From positions 1 to 41,626 of the IMG/VR virus record IMGVR_UViG_3300042348_000322: a DNA stretch of 41,626 bases. One strand, given 5' to 3'. This DNA comes from a virus (Duplodnaviria; Caudoviricetes). Both the position numbers and the translations under genes were made by a program. Of the stretch, positions 17,309-26,166 are shown one piece after another; within the stretch, counting starts at the first letter, position 1; every line of letters starts with the position of its first letter. The notes under the pieces were generated by a model. The model did no database searches. It saw only the letters and a list, made by a program, of their open reading frames with translations, and was not told the origin of the DNA.

Positions 17309-17456
17309 TTTGTACCTTCTTATTTCTGCTTTCTCGTAAAAGCTTTCGCACCCATTTGCTCTTGCCAAGTTTTACGTATTCCTCATACTCACTCGGAGTT
17401 AAACGAACGCCTATGGTTTTGCCGTTCTTGGTTAACTCACTTTTTGGTCTAGGCAT
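17292..17456 (-). CDS. Small ribbon-helix-helix-like DNA-binding protein
   Basis: MPRPKS...TIGVRLTPSEYEEY...SKWVRKLL fits the strand-helix-helix pattern. GGGAG RBS. Confidence 0.55.
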   Translation of the reverse strand: MPRPKSELTKNGKTIGVRLTPSEYEEYVKLGKSKWVRKLLRESRNKKVQNDRTN

Positions 17457-17599
17457 TGGTGTTGTTCTCCCACTACGCGGTTTAGAAAAAGCATTTTGCA
17501 CTCTGTGCATCTCCACAGGTCGCCTTCAACCACTATGGTTCGCTTCTCTGCGTGTTGCCCACGCACCTTCCCAAAGAATGTTCTGATCTTCTCAAGCAT
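17432..17599 (-). CDS. Small zinc-finger protein (not in ORF track)
   Basis: 55 aa, MLEKIRTFF...WRCTECKMLF...EQHQC. Fills the gap between neighbours and has a GGGAG RBS. Confidence 0.6.
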   Translation of the reverse strand: MLEKIRTFFGKVRGQHAEKRTIVVEGDLWRCTECKMLFLNRVVGEQHQCLDQKVS

Positions 17600-17804
17600 T
17601 TTGGTTCTCCCATCTTCTGCACAAATCTTTCACGGTCTGACTCTTTCTCTTACCCTTGCACACGTTGCTGATTGACTTCTGCTTGGCTTTTATCTGCAAC
17701 TGCGCTGGGGTCAGGGGCTTTACTGGTTCTGCTGTAGCTGGAAACAAACCTGTCACGCCCAGCCAACAGCACACGGCGGCGACAAGAAGTCGGTCAAATA
17801 TCAT
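17592..17804 (-). CDS. Hypothetical protein with signal-peptide-like N-terminus
   Basis: 70 aa, AGGAGG RBS, hydrophobic N-terminus. Confidence 0.65.
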   Translation of the reverse strand: MIFDRLLVAAVCCWLGVTGLFPATAEPVKPLTPAQLQIKAKQKSISNVCKGKRKSQTVKDLCRRWENQNA

Positions 17805-17808
17805 ATAG

Positions 17809-18261
17809 CTACCTCCTTTTCATTTTTACTCTTGATGGGCCTTTGGTCACCCCCCAATCTGTAGCTTGATTGCGATTGCTTTTGTTTAGGGCGCTCATTG
17901 CATTGCGCTTTCGGTTTGAGTTATGTGATCGCCGTTCAGCCGCCAGTTCAAGGTCGTTGTTGGTGTTTTGAGTAGTCGTTGTGTACTTGGATGTTTGCAG
18001 CTTCTTCAGCAACAACACATCTTTCTCGGGCGGCTGTTCCCACAGGCGATTACTTATTTTCTCCAAATACGCCGCCATGTAAGCTCTTGCTGGAAGCTTC
18101 CAAGGTACGCCTGCACTTGGTAAGCGTAACAAAGGAGGATCAACATCATTTGTTTTCTTCCCAGTAACACTGGTGAACATTTGGAAGGCGTCCAACAGAT
18201 TGCCGTCGTTACGCCATGTCTTAATAAGGCAGGCGTCCCAATACTCTTGGGGTGTGCTCAT
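17809..18261 (-). CDS. Hypothetical protein
   Basis: 150 aa, packed within the minus-strand operon. Confidence 0.7.
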   Translation of the reverse strand: MSTPQEYWDACLIKTWRNDGNLLDAFQMFTSVTGKKTNDVDPPLLRLPSAGVPWKLPARAYMAAYLEKISNRLWEQPPEKDVLLLKKLQTSKYTTTTQNTNNDLELAAERRSHNSNRKRNAMSALNKSNRNQATDWGVTKGPSRVKMKRR

Positions 18262-18263
18262 AC

Positions 18264-18476
18264 CTACTCTTCCTCCTGATGTTCTTTAAGTCTGCGTTGT
18301 AGTCTGCCAATGCGCTCGACGTTGTAGGTGACGATTGACGCCGCATACTCCACAGCACTCTCCGCTTCCAGCTTCTTAATGACGGCCTCACGCATTTCTT
18401 TCTCGATGATTTCACTGATGGGCTTTGGCTTCATCAGTTCCTTGATGTACTTGAGCGTTGAATCTTTCCAGCTCAT
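18264..18476 (-). CDS. Hypothetical protein
   Basis: 70 aa, ATGA overlap with the upstream gene, AAGGAG RBS. Confidence 0.7.
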   Translation of the reverse strand: MSWKDSTLKYIKELMKPKPISEIIEKEMREAVIKKLEAESAVEYAASIVTYNVERIGRLQRRLKEHQEEE

Positions 18477-18709
18477 GCTTGCCGCTCCTTCATGCGTTGT
18501 ATTCTTTCTAATCTTTTGTGATGCGCTGTTGTGTACACGATGTACTCCATGTCTGAACGTACAGCATCCCAGTAAGTACCTTCTGCTCTTGCTGGCTTGT
18601 CCATGATTCCACTGTCAGCATCTTGTCGCGCCTTAGCTTCAATGGTTCTCATGCGTGTATCCCCCACAATCTCTTTGGCAGTGTCAATGTCAAAGCTCTG
18701 CGGGGTCAT
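18473..18709 (-). CDS. Hypothetical protein
   Basis: 78 aa, ATGA overlaps at both ends. Confidence 0.7.
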   Translation of the reverse strand: MTPQSFDIDTAKEIVGDTRMRTIEAKARQDADSGIMDKPARAEGTYWDAVRSDMEYIVYTTAHHKRLERIQRMKERQA

Positions 18710-18936
18710 TTCTTCAGCCCCCTGATGTAGATTGCAAACGAACTGATGGTGTCCTGACCAAACCCTTGCATCTTCTCGATGTGCTGTGCCACTTCTTCGA
18801 TGACTTTGTTCCTGTCCATGTTCAGCAGTTTCTCTCTGTCTTGCGTCATCTTGACAATCTCTTGTTTGACTTTGCTGATGCGTTCCAACTCGTTGAACGC
18901 TTCATCTTCTTCCGGTGTTGTTGGGACGTCAATCAT
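18706..18936 (-). CDS. Hypothetical protein
   Basis: 76 aa, GGAGG RBS, ATGA overlaps. Confidence 0.7.
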   Translation of the reverse strand: MIDVPTTPEEDEAFNELERISKVKQEIVKMTQDREKLLNMDRNKVIEEVAQHIEKMQGFGQDTISSFAIYIRGLKK

Positions 18937-19049
18937 TTCTTGCCTCCGTTCTGCATCCAGTCAAGTGCATATAAGAACACTGCTATGGCCACACCACCAA
19001 GGCCAAGGCCAATAAACAGCACAGCAATCAAAGCCATTACATCCAGCAT
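18933..19049 (-). CDS. Small single-pass membrane protein (not in ORF track)
   Basis: 38 aa, MLDVMALIAVLFIGLGLGGVAIAVFLYALDWMQNGGKK. AAGGAAG RBS, ATGA overlap downstream. Confidence 0.6.
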   Translation of the reverse strand: MLDVMALIAVLFIGLGLGGVAIAVFLYALDWMQNGGKK

Positions 19050-19059
19050 GGTGACTTCC

Positions 19060-19500
19060 TTACAGTTTTGAAATGGCGCGTTTGATGTACCAAACGGCTT
19101 TCTCTAGGTCTTGTTTTTTGTTCTCTTTGTAGTCTGCTCGGGTGATGTACTTAACCGCATTACCCAAGTGATAGTCCAAACCTTTGGCCTCGATGAAGTC
19201 GATGGTCTCGATACCGCCCACTTTGTAGTGGGATGGGTGGTTGACGGGGTCATCTTGTGTAAGTTGTGCCGCCAATGCGTTTTGTGCATCTTCGTCAAGA
19301 GCATTTGTATTAATCCAGCGATACACGTACCCGTCCCCTGCTTCTGGTGCGGGTGTTGGGTTGCTCGGCATCTTCCTCTTGATCATGTAGACAACTTGAT
19401 ATGTAGTACCAAACTGCGCCGCCACATCTTTCAATGCCATATCGGGGTGCGCTTTGAGGTGACGACGAATCTTCTCTGCTCTGCTTAGTTTTTTAGCCAT
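19060..19500 (-). CDS. DUF3310 (SaV-like) protein with N-terminal HTH-like segment
   Basis: DPVNHPSHY..GGIETID..GNAVKYITR..K..DLEKAVWY is the DUF3310 signature. Start at ATG 19500 (TAATG coupling). Confidence 0.85.
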   Translation of the reverse strand: MAKKLSRAEKIRRHLKAHPDMALKDVAAQFGTTYQVVYMIKRKMPSNPTPAPEAGDGYVYRWINTNALDEDAQNALAAQLTQDDPVNHPSHYKVGGIETIDFIEAKGLDYHLGNAVKYITRADYKENKKQDLEKAVWYIKRAISKL

Positions 19501-20171
19501 TATTTCTCTCCTTGGTTGTGATCGCATGATGTGACTGGACACCAGCCACGGCAGGTAAAGTTGGGCTTCGGGTTCCACATGTCGTTTTCTACGGAAGCCT
19601 GAAGTTGACCAACATCTGATATCCAGCTACCCCACAGTTCTTTCTGTGATTCAGCCAAATAAGCAGTCTTTACGAAGTCATCAGCGAACAGGAACATCAA
19701 GCCCGCTTTGACTTTCTTTACTTCTGGGAAGTGCTTGAAGATCGCAAGGGACACGATCTCCAGTTGCTTGAGTTCAGCAAACTTGCTCGACTTGCCCGTC
19801 TTGTAATCCACAGTCAGGGCGGTGTCGCCTTGCAAGATGATGATGTCTGCAACGCCGCGCCACCACACGTTCTTGTCGAAGAATCCGCATGGCTTCAAAT
19901 CAGCGGTCAGGCCGAGCTTATTCTCACAAAGTTTCTCCCCGGGCATATCTTTCAGCACCTTAAGGGCTGGCTCAATGTGGTTGTACTTCTCAGGAATGGG
20001 GCGACCCTTACCAACGTATTCTTCAGCGATCTTGTGAATCTCATTACCAAAAGTAATAGCCTCGCTCAACGGCTCTTTGATATCCTTCACCACCTTGAGG
20101 TGGTAATACTTCTTGGGGCACTGCTGGTACAACGCCAAACTGCTGTACGACCAAGTGATAGGTTTTGCCAT
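19500..20171 (-). CDS. PD-(D/E)XK exonuclease (RecB/Cas4-like)
   Basis: WSYS..CP, GNEIH, E..D..VDYKTG and C-terminal CxxxCxxxxC. Start at ATG 20171 (TAATG coupling with pol). Confidence 0.85.
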   Translation of the reverse strand: MAKPITWSYSSLALYQQCPKKYYHLKVVKDIKEPLSEAITFGNEIHKIAEEYVGKGRPIPEKYNHIEPALKVLKDMPGEKLCENKLGLTADLKPCGFFDKNVWWRGVADIIILQGDTALTVDYKTGKSSKFAELKQLEIVSLAIFKHFPEVKKVKAGLMFLFADDFVKTAYLAESQKELWGSWISDVGQLQASVENDMWNPKPNFTCRGWCPVTSCDHNQGEK

Positions 20172-22000
20172 TAACAATCTCCATAGTTGCGGGCCATCCC
20201 AGACTCGCAATCAAGCGGCAAGGTCAGAGCCCAAGGGGGTGGTGTACGCATACACGCTTCGATGTAAGCCCGAGCTTCGTCAGCCTCGTTCTCTGGTACT
20301 ACGCAAGCCACAGCGTCATGCACGGTCAGCACAACTCGATAGCGTTTTTCGATTTGAATGATCTGCTCACCAATAATGCAACGGGCAACAGCTTGGCACA
20401 GGTTCTCGGCAACCTTACCGCCGTATATCTTGTTTGGTTTATTGCGTGTTTCGTAGGTGAATTGGCCGTTGGTGTTTCGACGCAACTCAGGGTAGTTGAG
20501 GTACAGGCCATTGGGTAGGGGGATTCCCGTGAACGGGGAAGTTTCCATGAGTCCAACTGAATCCACCTGCACTGGCTTGTTGGCCACGATAGATGTCAGC
20601 ACCAAGTTCAAATGGTTCCACCACTCTGCAATACGGCGGTTTACACCACGGTACTGCTTGATGATGAAACGGCAAGTGTCTATATCTAACTCTTTGCCCA
20701 TGTTGGACAACTGAGCTTGAAACTTCTCCGCGCCCATTCCGTACCCCGCGCCAAGTACGGTTGTTTTCCCAATAAAACGCTGATCCGCAGTAACTTCATG
20801 CTCAAAAGTCCCATAGATCGCGGACGCCATGTGCTTATACACGTCGGCTTTTCTACGGAACAACTCCAAGATGTACGTCTCGCCCGCCAGCCACGCCAAC
20901 ACACGCGCTTCAATCTGGGACGAGTCGCAGTCGATAATTACATGGCCCGCTGGGGCAACGATACAGCGCTTGAGCTTGCCGCCCTCAGAGCCACGGCTTG
21001 GAAGGTTTTGCAGATTGACCTTGTCAGACCCGCCCCACCGCCCTGTGTGCGCGGCGTAATATTTCAAAGGAATAGGGAGACGATGAAGCGCCCCGCAGAT
21101 GTGCCCCCTGCGTGATATCTCGATGAACCGCTCTGTCCTTGTCTCTTCCAGCGTTGACTTCGCACCAATACGCGCCGCCACAATAGCTTGCACTGCCTCG
21201 TTCGGATGCCCCAACAAATGCAAGAAGTCCTTGTCGCTCTTGGCAAAGGCATATATGAATTTGTCTGGGTTTGCGGGGCTGGGCTTCATTGGTGGCCTCA
21301 CGCCATATGATTTCAGCAGTTCAGCAAACTTGGCCGAGCTGTTCAAAACTTCTTTCGTTATCCCAGAATCAGTAAACAATTTGTCCTTGCGCTCACGGAC
21401 CGCTAACAAATGCTCTTCCAATTTCTGCGTATCAAGCTCCAGCAGTGGGTCGCTGAACATCCTGATCGTGATATCTATGAGTCGCTTCTCTTTGGTCGGG
21501 AATGTTGCATCGAGTTCTTTAAATAGCTTGTAGGTCAACTCCACATCGTTCTTGCAATACTCACCGTACTGCGCCAACTGTTGTGCCCCAAAGTCCTCTC
21601 TTCTCAATCCCTTAGCGTCATTGACTTCAAAGCCCTTTGCACCCAACCCAAAGTGTTCGACCAGCTTGGCCAAACTGCCGCCCACCTGAGTACCCAGCAG
21701 AGCCCGAGCCATAGACAGCGTATCCAACCATGCCTTGGGCTTCTGACCAAACACCCATGTCAGGATGGCCGCATCAAACATAGCGTTATGGGCTAACACG
21801 AAGTGGTTGTCCCAATCAAAGCCCGCCAGCCATTCAGCGGTCTCATCCATGTCACCCGTGAACCATTCAGCGGGTGCATCGTTCACCTTGACCGCCACGC
21901 CCACAACTTGGAATTGTGGGTCGCGAACATATTCCTCTGTCGTTATTTTTGAGAGGCTGTAGTCTGCGGCGTAGTAAGTCTCAAAGTCTATGGTGATCAA
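20171..22000 (-). CDS. polA: Family A DNA polymerase with 3'-5' exonuclease domain
   Basis: ExoI DFET, HNAMFD, HTGR, NLQNLP, motif A DSSQIEARVLA, motif B RFIGKTTVLGAGYG, motif C VHD. Confidence 0.95.
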   Translation of the reverse strand: MITIDFETYYAADYSLSKITTEEYVRDPQFQVVGVAVKVNDAPAEWFTGDMDETAEWLAGFDWDNHFVLAHNAMFDAAILTWVFGQKPKAWLDTLSMARALLGTQVGGSLAKLVEHFGLGAKGFEVNDAKGLRREDFGAQQLAQYGEYCKNDVELTYKLFKELDATFPTKEKRLIDITIRMFSDPLLELDTQKLEEHLLAVRERKDKLFTDSGITKEVLNSSAKFAELLKSYGVRPPMKPSPANPDKFIYAFAKSDKDFLHLLGHPNEAVQAIVAARIGAKSTLEETRTERFIEISRRGHICGALHRLPIPLKYYAAHTGRWGGSDKVNLQNLPSRGSEGGKLKRCIVAPAGHVIIDCDSSQIEARVLAWLAGETYILELFRRKADVYKHMASAIYGTFEHEVTADQRFIGKTTVLGAGYGMGAEKFQAQLSNMGKELDIDTCRFIIKQYRGVNRRIAEWWNHLNLVLTSIVANKPVQVDSVGLMETSPFTGIPLPNGLYLNYPELRRNTNGQFTYETRNKPNKIYGGKVAENLCQAVARCIIGEQIIQIEKRYRVVLTVHDAVACVVPENEADEARAYIEACMRTPPPWALTLPLDCESGMARNYGDC

Positions 22001-22395
22001 GGGCTCGTCCCAATTAATACATTGCGCAAAGCTTTGTTCAATTCCTCATTGACCACGGCGTTCATCTGTTGCTGGTACATACTTTGTTGGGATGGGACTG
22101 TGCCGTTCCACATTGCTGTAGTTATGCCTGTCGTTCCTTTTGGCTGTATCACAACTCCAAGTTGGGGTTGGAGATTAAGCACCAACTCCATAGCTTCATT
22201 CAAAGCCAAATCCCGCTTGGCGCGGCGATAAGCTCGTTGAAGCATGTAGCGTTCGTAGCGCGAAAAGCCACGCGAGTCGGCAAGGCTATCCAGCTTTCTT
22301 AGGTGACTGGCATCAAACTCTCCGTCAAACTTTTCAAGGACGGCTTTAAGTTGATCGGGCAGTGGGTAACGCAGAAGTTTCTCAGTGAATTTCAT
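21997..22395 (-). CDS. Hypothetical protein
   Basis: ORF from ATG 22395 with GAGG RBS, overlapping the pol start. Confidence 0.65.
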   Translation of the reverse strand: MKFTEKLLRYPLPDQLKAVLEKFDGEFDASHLRKLDSLADSRGFSRYERYMLQRAYRRAKRDLALNEAMELVLNLQPQLGVVIQPKGTTGITTAMWNGTVPSQQSMYQQQMNAVVNEELNKALRNVLIGTSP

Positions 22396-22726
22396 TCTTG
22401 AACACCTCATTCAGAGTTTGAAAAATAGTCGCGCTGTCAATCGCGATCATCACGTCCTTGAGATGATCAAGGTTGCCCTCGTTTATCACAAGGGCCGCGC
22501 CTCCCGCGCCGCGAATACGCTGGAGTTCACGATCTTGCAAGGCTGTGGTTTTTCCCTTGCCCGCTTTGCATTCGATGGCTACAAAGTAGCCATGAGCGCA
22601 GACTATGATGTCTGGTATACCTGCACGGCCTAAACCGTTTGAGGCTGGGAAGAAGTAGTATGCGTCATGCTGTTTCAGTATTTCAACGCATTGATTTTTT
22701 ACTTTTCTCTCTGGGGTCAAGGCCAT
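22382..22726 (-). CDS. VRR-NUC domain nuclease (Holliday junction resolvase-like)
   Basis: PERKVK...GIPDII...AIECKA...LQ. Start at ATG 22726 with AGGAG RBS, downstream of a promoter. Confidence 0.85.
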   Translation of the reverse strand: MALTPERKVKNQCVEILKQHDAYYFFPASNGLGRAGIPDIIVCAHGYFVAIECKAGKGKTTALQDRELQRIRGAGGAALVINEGNLDHLKDVMIAIDSATIFQTLNEVFKNEIH

Positions 22727-22748
22727 TATTCTCTCCTGTATGGCCTCT

Positions 22749-22777
22749 AATATAGGGGTGGCTTTAGACTTTGTCAA
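22749..22777 (-). promoter_or_regulatory. sigma70 promoter for the replication operon
   Basis: TTGACA-17 bp-TATATT with an A-tract upstream. Confidence 0.8.
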
Positions 22778-22808
22778 GTCTTTTTTGTAGGGGTATCCAC
22801 TATACACC

Positions 22809-22837
22809 GAACAAAGCGACATCGTGTCGGTTTGTTC
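22809..22837. repeat. 29-bp palindrome, copy 1
   Basis: GAACAAAGCGACA TCG TGTCGGTTTGTTC. Confidence 0.95.
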
Positions 22838-22841
22838 AGGC

Positions 22842-22868
22842 AAAAAAAGACCCGCACATAGGCGGGTC
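22842..22868 (-). terminator. Intrinsic terminator ending the early operon
   Basis: Minus strand GACCCGC-CTATGT-GCGGGTC-TTTTTTT. Confidence 0.85.
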
Positions 22869-22889
22869 GTAAAGGGTGTAGCTGTTAAG

Positions 22890-23774
22890 TTATATGACGA
22901 TGTGGAAATTAGTGTCGTTGTATCTAAAGCCTACATCACGCACTACCTCTCCGTCTTGCATAAGCTGTAGTACAGCTAAGCGGTTCTGCCATGTCTCAGA
23001 CAGTTGGTCAAACTCCATAACTTCTATGTTGTCTGTTTGCTTGTCTTTGTACAAGTACAGCCCGTTGTGTATACACACAGTCGTCATTCCGTCGTTGGCC
23101 AAAAGCTGCTCCATCTCCATCGCTAACTCATACTGAGCCATGTGCTCCTCGTACTTGGGCGACTCAAAGATATCTCTGACCGGCCTGTTTATGCCGTCAG
23201 GTATGGGCAAGTTCCGGACTACACAGAACACATACTTCTGTAACATCACTTCATCTTTGATCATAGCTGATCTACTGATCGGAGCCTTCAAGTCACGCAA
23301 GGAATAGTAGGTGGCGTTACGCGCCTCATCGTCTGCCTTTTTGATGATCTCGTCGTAGTTCATCTTGACAAACAACTTCTTGATCTTGCGGACAGCAATA
23401 TCAAGCTTCTCGGTACTTGTAACATGTCGCGAGCCTCGCTGTTTCTCAATGCGCCACGACTCGATGTCATAGGTGTCGGTGTTCTTGCGCCCGTACCTGT
23501 GACTCACAGAGATACTACCAAGCTGTTCCCCGCCCGCTATGACATTGACTCGTCTGAGAAACTGCTTGCCATCGGGTGCGGTGATTAAGTCCCCGTCGGC
23601 ATTTCGTTTGTTGCCCATAGCGTTGGTGTAATTCCACTGGTCGTGTCTCTTCCAAGAGAATATCCAGTTCGAGTTGTCGAGCGCGAGCTTACGCACCAGT
23701 TCATCAAGCATCGGGTCAAGGATGCGGTTGTCAGGTAATTGAATGTTTGCAAACTGTGTCATGCGGTTCACCAT
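22890..23774 (-). CDS. Hypothetical protein
   Basis: 294-aa ORF coupled to the upstream gene. Confidence 0.8.
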   Translation of the reverse strand: MVNRMTQFANIQLPDNRILDPMLDELVRKLALDNSNWIFSWKRHDQWNYTNAMGNKRNADGDLITAPDGKQFLRRVNVIAGGEQLGSISVSHRYGRKNTDTYDIESWRIEKQRGSRHVTSTEKLDIAVRKIKKLFVKMNYDEIIKKADDEARNATYYSLRDLKAPISRSAMIKDEVMLQKYVFCVVRNLPIPDGINRPVRDIFESPKYEEHMAQYELAMEMEQLLANDGMTTVCIHNGLYLYKDKQTDNIEVMEFDQLSETWQNRLAVLQLMQDGEVVRDVGFRYNDTNFHIVI

Positions 23775-24640
23775 TGAAATTTGTTAAGGATGTCATCGAC
23801 GCTATGCTTCAACTCAGCGCGAGCGCTAGGTATCTTGCGTAGGTCTTCGGGGTCAATGCCGTTGATCGCTTTCTCCAGCATACGACGAGCTTCTTCAAGC
23901 GCTGGGTCTTTCATCACATTCAGCACAGATAACAGACCGCACAACTCCAAGGCGTTGTTGACCAGACTGTCTCTGAATATGTTGCGCTTGCCGTCCTCGT
24001 TGTCGGTCAGCGTTTCACTCATTCTCGACAGCATCTTGTGCAGTCGTGTCCAAGGGTCACGCATGGCCTCGTTCATCTTGTTGTTGAACATCTTGTCGTA
24101 CTGCTCGGCCAAGTCTTGACGCACCTTGTCCTCGCATTGGATACGGAAGTCACCCTTCTCTGGAACAGGAAGGAAGTTGTACTCAAACTTGAAGCGACGG
24201 GGCAATGACGCCACATCAGGAAACTCTGATGCGTCGAAATACTTGCCGAGCTTGAAGGCTTGGGCGCTAACCAACGTCGGATAAGCTAGTATGAAGTCAT
24301 CGACTAAAGCGTTGAAGTTGGCTTCCATCGTCCCGAGTTGCTCACGATACGCAAAGAAGTTCTCCATCGGCAACAAGCCAATGCCTTTCATCCACGGCAG
24401 AGTCTGTGTGCCGTTCCACGCGCGGCACTTCGCCGCATACTTCTCTATTTTGCTGAGATGATCACTGCCCGCCATGAGGTACTTGTAGACAGAGCTTGCG
24501 TCTTGGTCAGCTTCTTTGGCTGTGTTCAAGTCCGCAGTGGTTTCCTTATCGCGCTTGCGAGCAGTCCATGTACTGATACGCAATTCAACAAGCATCGCCA
24601 TAGAAGCGAGCGATATGGATGGGGTTTCAAAAGTTTGCAT
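23768..24640 (-). CDS. DUF3150-like protein
   Basis: MLVELRISTWTARKRD...TLPW...RD/SL pattern. Family call is from recall and from context next to the AAA/VWA genes. Confidence 0.65.
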   Translation of the reverse strand: MQTFETPSISLASMAMLVELRISTWTARKRDKETTADLNTAKEADQDASSVYKYLMAGSDHLSKIEKYAAKCRAWNGTQTLPWMKGIGLLPMENFFAYREQLGTMEANFNALVDDFILAYPTLVSAQAFKLGKYFDASEFPDVASLPRRFKFEYNFLPVPEKGDFRIQCEDKVRQDLAEQYDKMFNNKMNEAMRDPWTRLHKMLSRMSETLTDNEDGKRNIFRDSLVNNALELCGLLSVLNVMKDPALEEARRMLEKAINGIDPEDLRKIPSARAELKHSVDDILNKFQW

Positions 24641-24671
24641 TTATCTCTCCAAGATAGGTTGGTTTAGAAAC

Positions 24672-24700
24672 GAACAAAGCGACACCATGTCGGTTTGTTC
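24672..24700. repeat. 29-bp palindrome, copy 2
   Basis: GAACAAAGCGACA CCA TGTCGGTTTGTTC; overlaps the stop codon of 24699..25757. Confidence 0.95.
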
Positions 24701-25757
24701 AAAGCACAGGTCCGAGTTCCGTTAGAAACTCAGAGTTCTGTTTGGTTGGCACTTCGCCCACGGCTAAAGGGACTTTCCTAAAGCAGTCATCAAAGTGCAA
24801 GAACAGCGCAATGTCACCGAGATACTTCACGGCTTTCTCACGATTCAGTACAAAATTAACACCCCAGTGCTTGTCTGCAACCCGATAGTGTTTGCGCTCT
24901 GCTTCATGATGTTTGAGTACATTCAACGCATGTACCCAGTTGTCGCTTAGCGGGCCTGTGACCCACTCGTACAACTTAGCGCATCCGTTTCTGTCGAATC
25001 CGTTGTGTCTCGCACCACGCCAGTTTGCGCTACCGCCATGAGGAAAGTGCTGTCTGCTGTGGTTGATGTCCCATCTGTTTGGCGATTCACTCCAAGCTTT
25101 GGTCTTCGTGAACGCTTCATATTCATCCTCGTCCATCAAACCAACCGCTTTGAACAAGATACCCTTGGACGATTCGACTTCCTTAACGGCTTGGTCATTG
25201 GTCTCGGGCGCAATGGACTGCACCAGATCAACCCATTCAAGGAACGGCTCGCACAGTTTGAGATACTTCTTCTCCGACCCGCGAATCTTTCGGATAGCGT
25301 ACTCCACGAGAACATCAATCATCTCGAAAGAATCACCCGTCTTTCTAAACTTGATCGTCTCGCCCGCTCGCAATATGTAAGACTTCTCGCCCATGTTGCT
25401 GGTCACCAACAATCGGCCCTTGTCCCAACTGAAGCCAATCCCCATCGGAACAAATTGCTGGATGTTGTTGGGCACATACGCAGAGTAGTACACGGGAGAA
25501 TGAATCGTGAATGTGTCGTCCGACTTCCAAACCACAAGCGGGTGCTTGTAGTAATTCAGACAGACCGTGTCGTCATCAGGCATGGAGATGCTCGCCATGT
25601 TCCAATGCTTGCGACTACCAAGTGGCACAGCATAGTTTGACTGCTTGCTGTTGATCGGCTTGGTGTTCTTGAACTTCGCAACATACTCAGCGAACGACTG
25701 ACGCATCACCACGCCCGCTGTGTTGTAGTTGCTGTAATAACTTGCGTATCCCATCAC
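24699..25757 (-). CDS. Hypothetical protein
   Basis: 352-aa ORF with AAGGA RBS. Confidence 0.8.
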   Translation of the reverse strand: MMGYASYYSNYNTAGVVMRQSFAEYVAKFKNTKPINSKQSNYAVPLGSRKHWNMASISMPDDDTVCLNYYKHPLVVWKSDDTFTIHSPVYYSAYVPNNIQQFVPMGIGFSWDKGRLLVTSNMGEKSYILRAGETIKFRKTGDSFEMIDVLVEYAIRKIRGSEKKYLKLCEPFLEWVDLVQSIAPETNDQAVKEVESSKGILFKAVGLMDEDEYEAFTKTKAWSESPNRWDINHSRQHFPHGGSANWRGARHNGFDRNGCAKLYEWVTGPLSDNWVHALNVLKHHEAERKHYRVADKHWGVNFVLNREKAVKYLGDIALFLHFDDCFRKVPLAVGEVPTKQNSEFLTELGPVL

Positions 25758-25915
25758 GCTTTCCTTTCAATAAAGAGAGAAATAAGGTGGCGAACCACCT
25801 GTCCGTTTGTGGGCTCGAAGCCCATTGCACCAATGAGTTGGCCTCTCACGACTTGTAAGAGATCAAAGGTTTCTTTGTTAAGGGTCACTGAGTACCCAGT
25901 TTTTGAGTTAGTCAT
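25754..25915 (-). CDS. Small ribbon-helix-helix-like protein (not in ORF track)
   Basis: 53 aa, MTNSKTGYSVTLNKETFDLLQVVRGQLIGAMGFEPTNGQVVRHLISLFIERKA. ATGA and GTGA overlaps with both neighbours, GGAG RBS. Confidence 0.65.
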   Translation of the reverse strand: MTNSKTGYSVTLNKETFDLLQVVRGQLIGAMGFEPTNGQVVRHLISLFIERKA

Positions 25916-26166
25916 CGCTTGTTTTTCTCCGCAAGAATCTTCATGTTGCTGTCGATCTCAAGTTGCAGTACACCCGATATAGGCGCGATGGTCGCCGCCT
26001 GTGGGTCGGGGTCACCTATTGCGTTGCACTTGTTTGAGTCCTGTCCTTGAATCCATGCGTTGTGTATGCGTGACGCACCGCACAGCACCCTTGAAATACT
26101 CAAGGCTTCATCCATGCTCAACAAGAACCTCTTATCTCCAATAAAGAGAATTACCTGATCATCCAT
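25912..26166 (-). CDS. Hypothetical protein
   Basis: 84 aa, AGGAGG RBS. Confidence 0.75.
   Translation of the reverse strand: MDDQVILFIGDKRFLLSMDEALSISRVLCGASRIHNAWIQGQDSNKCNAIGDPDPQAATIAPISGVLQLEIDSNMKILAEKNKR

Noticed and set aside
19500-20171. Cas4-like nuclease as evidence of a CRISPR system
   Set aside because: Standalone PD-(D/E)XK exonucleases next to polA are routine in phage replication modules.
25785-25824. Two small hairpins (AGGTGG-TTCG-CCACCT; TGGGC-TTCGA-GCCCA) as terminators
   Set aside because: They lie within the coupled 53-aa ORF and have an interrupted or absent U-tract; a weak terminator cannot be excluded.
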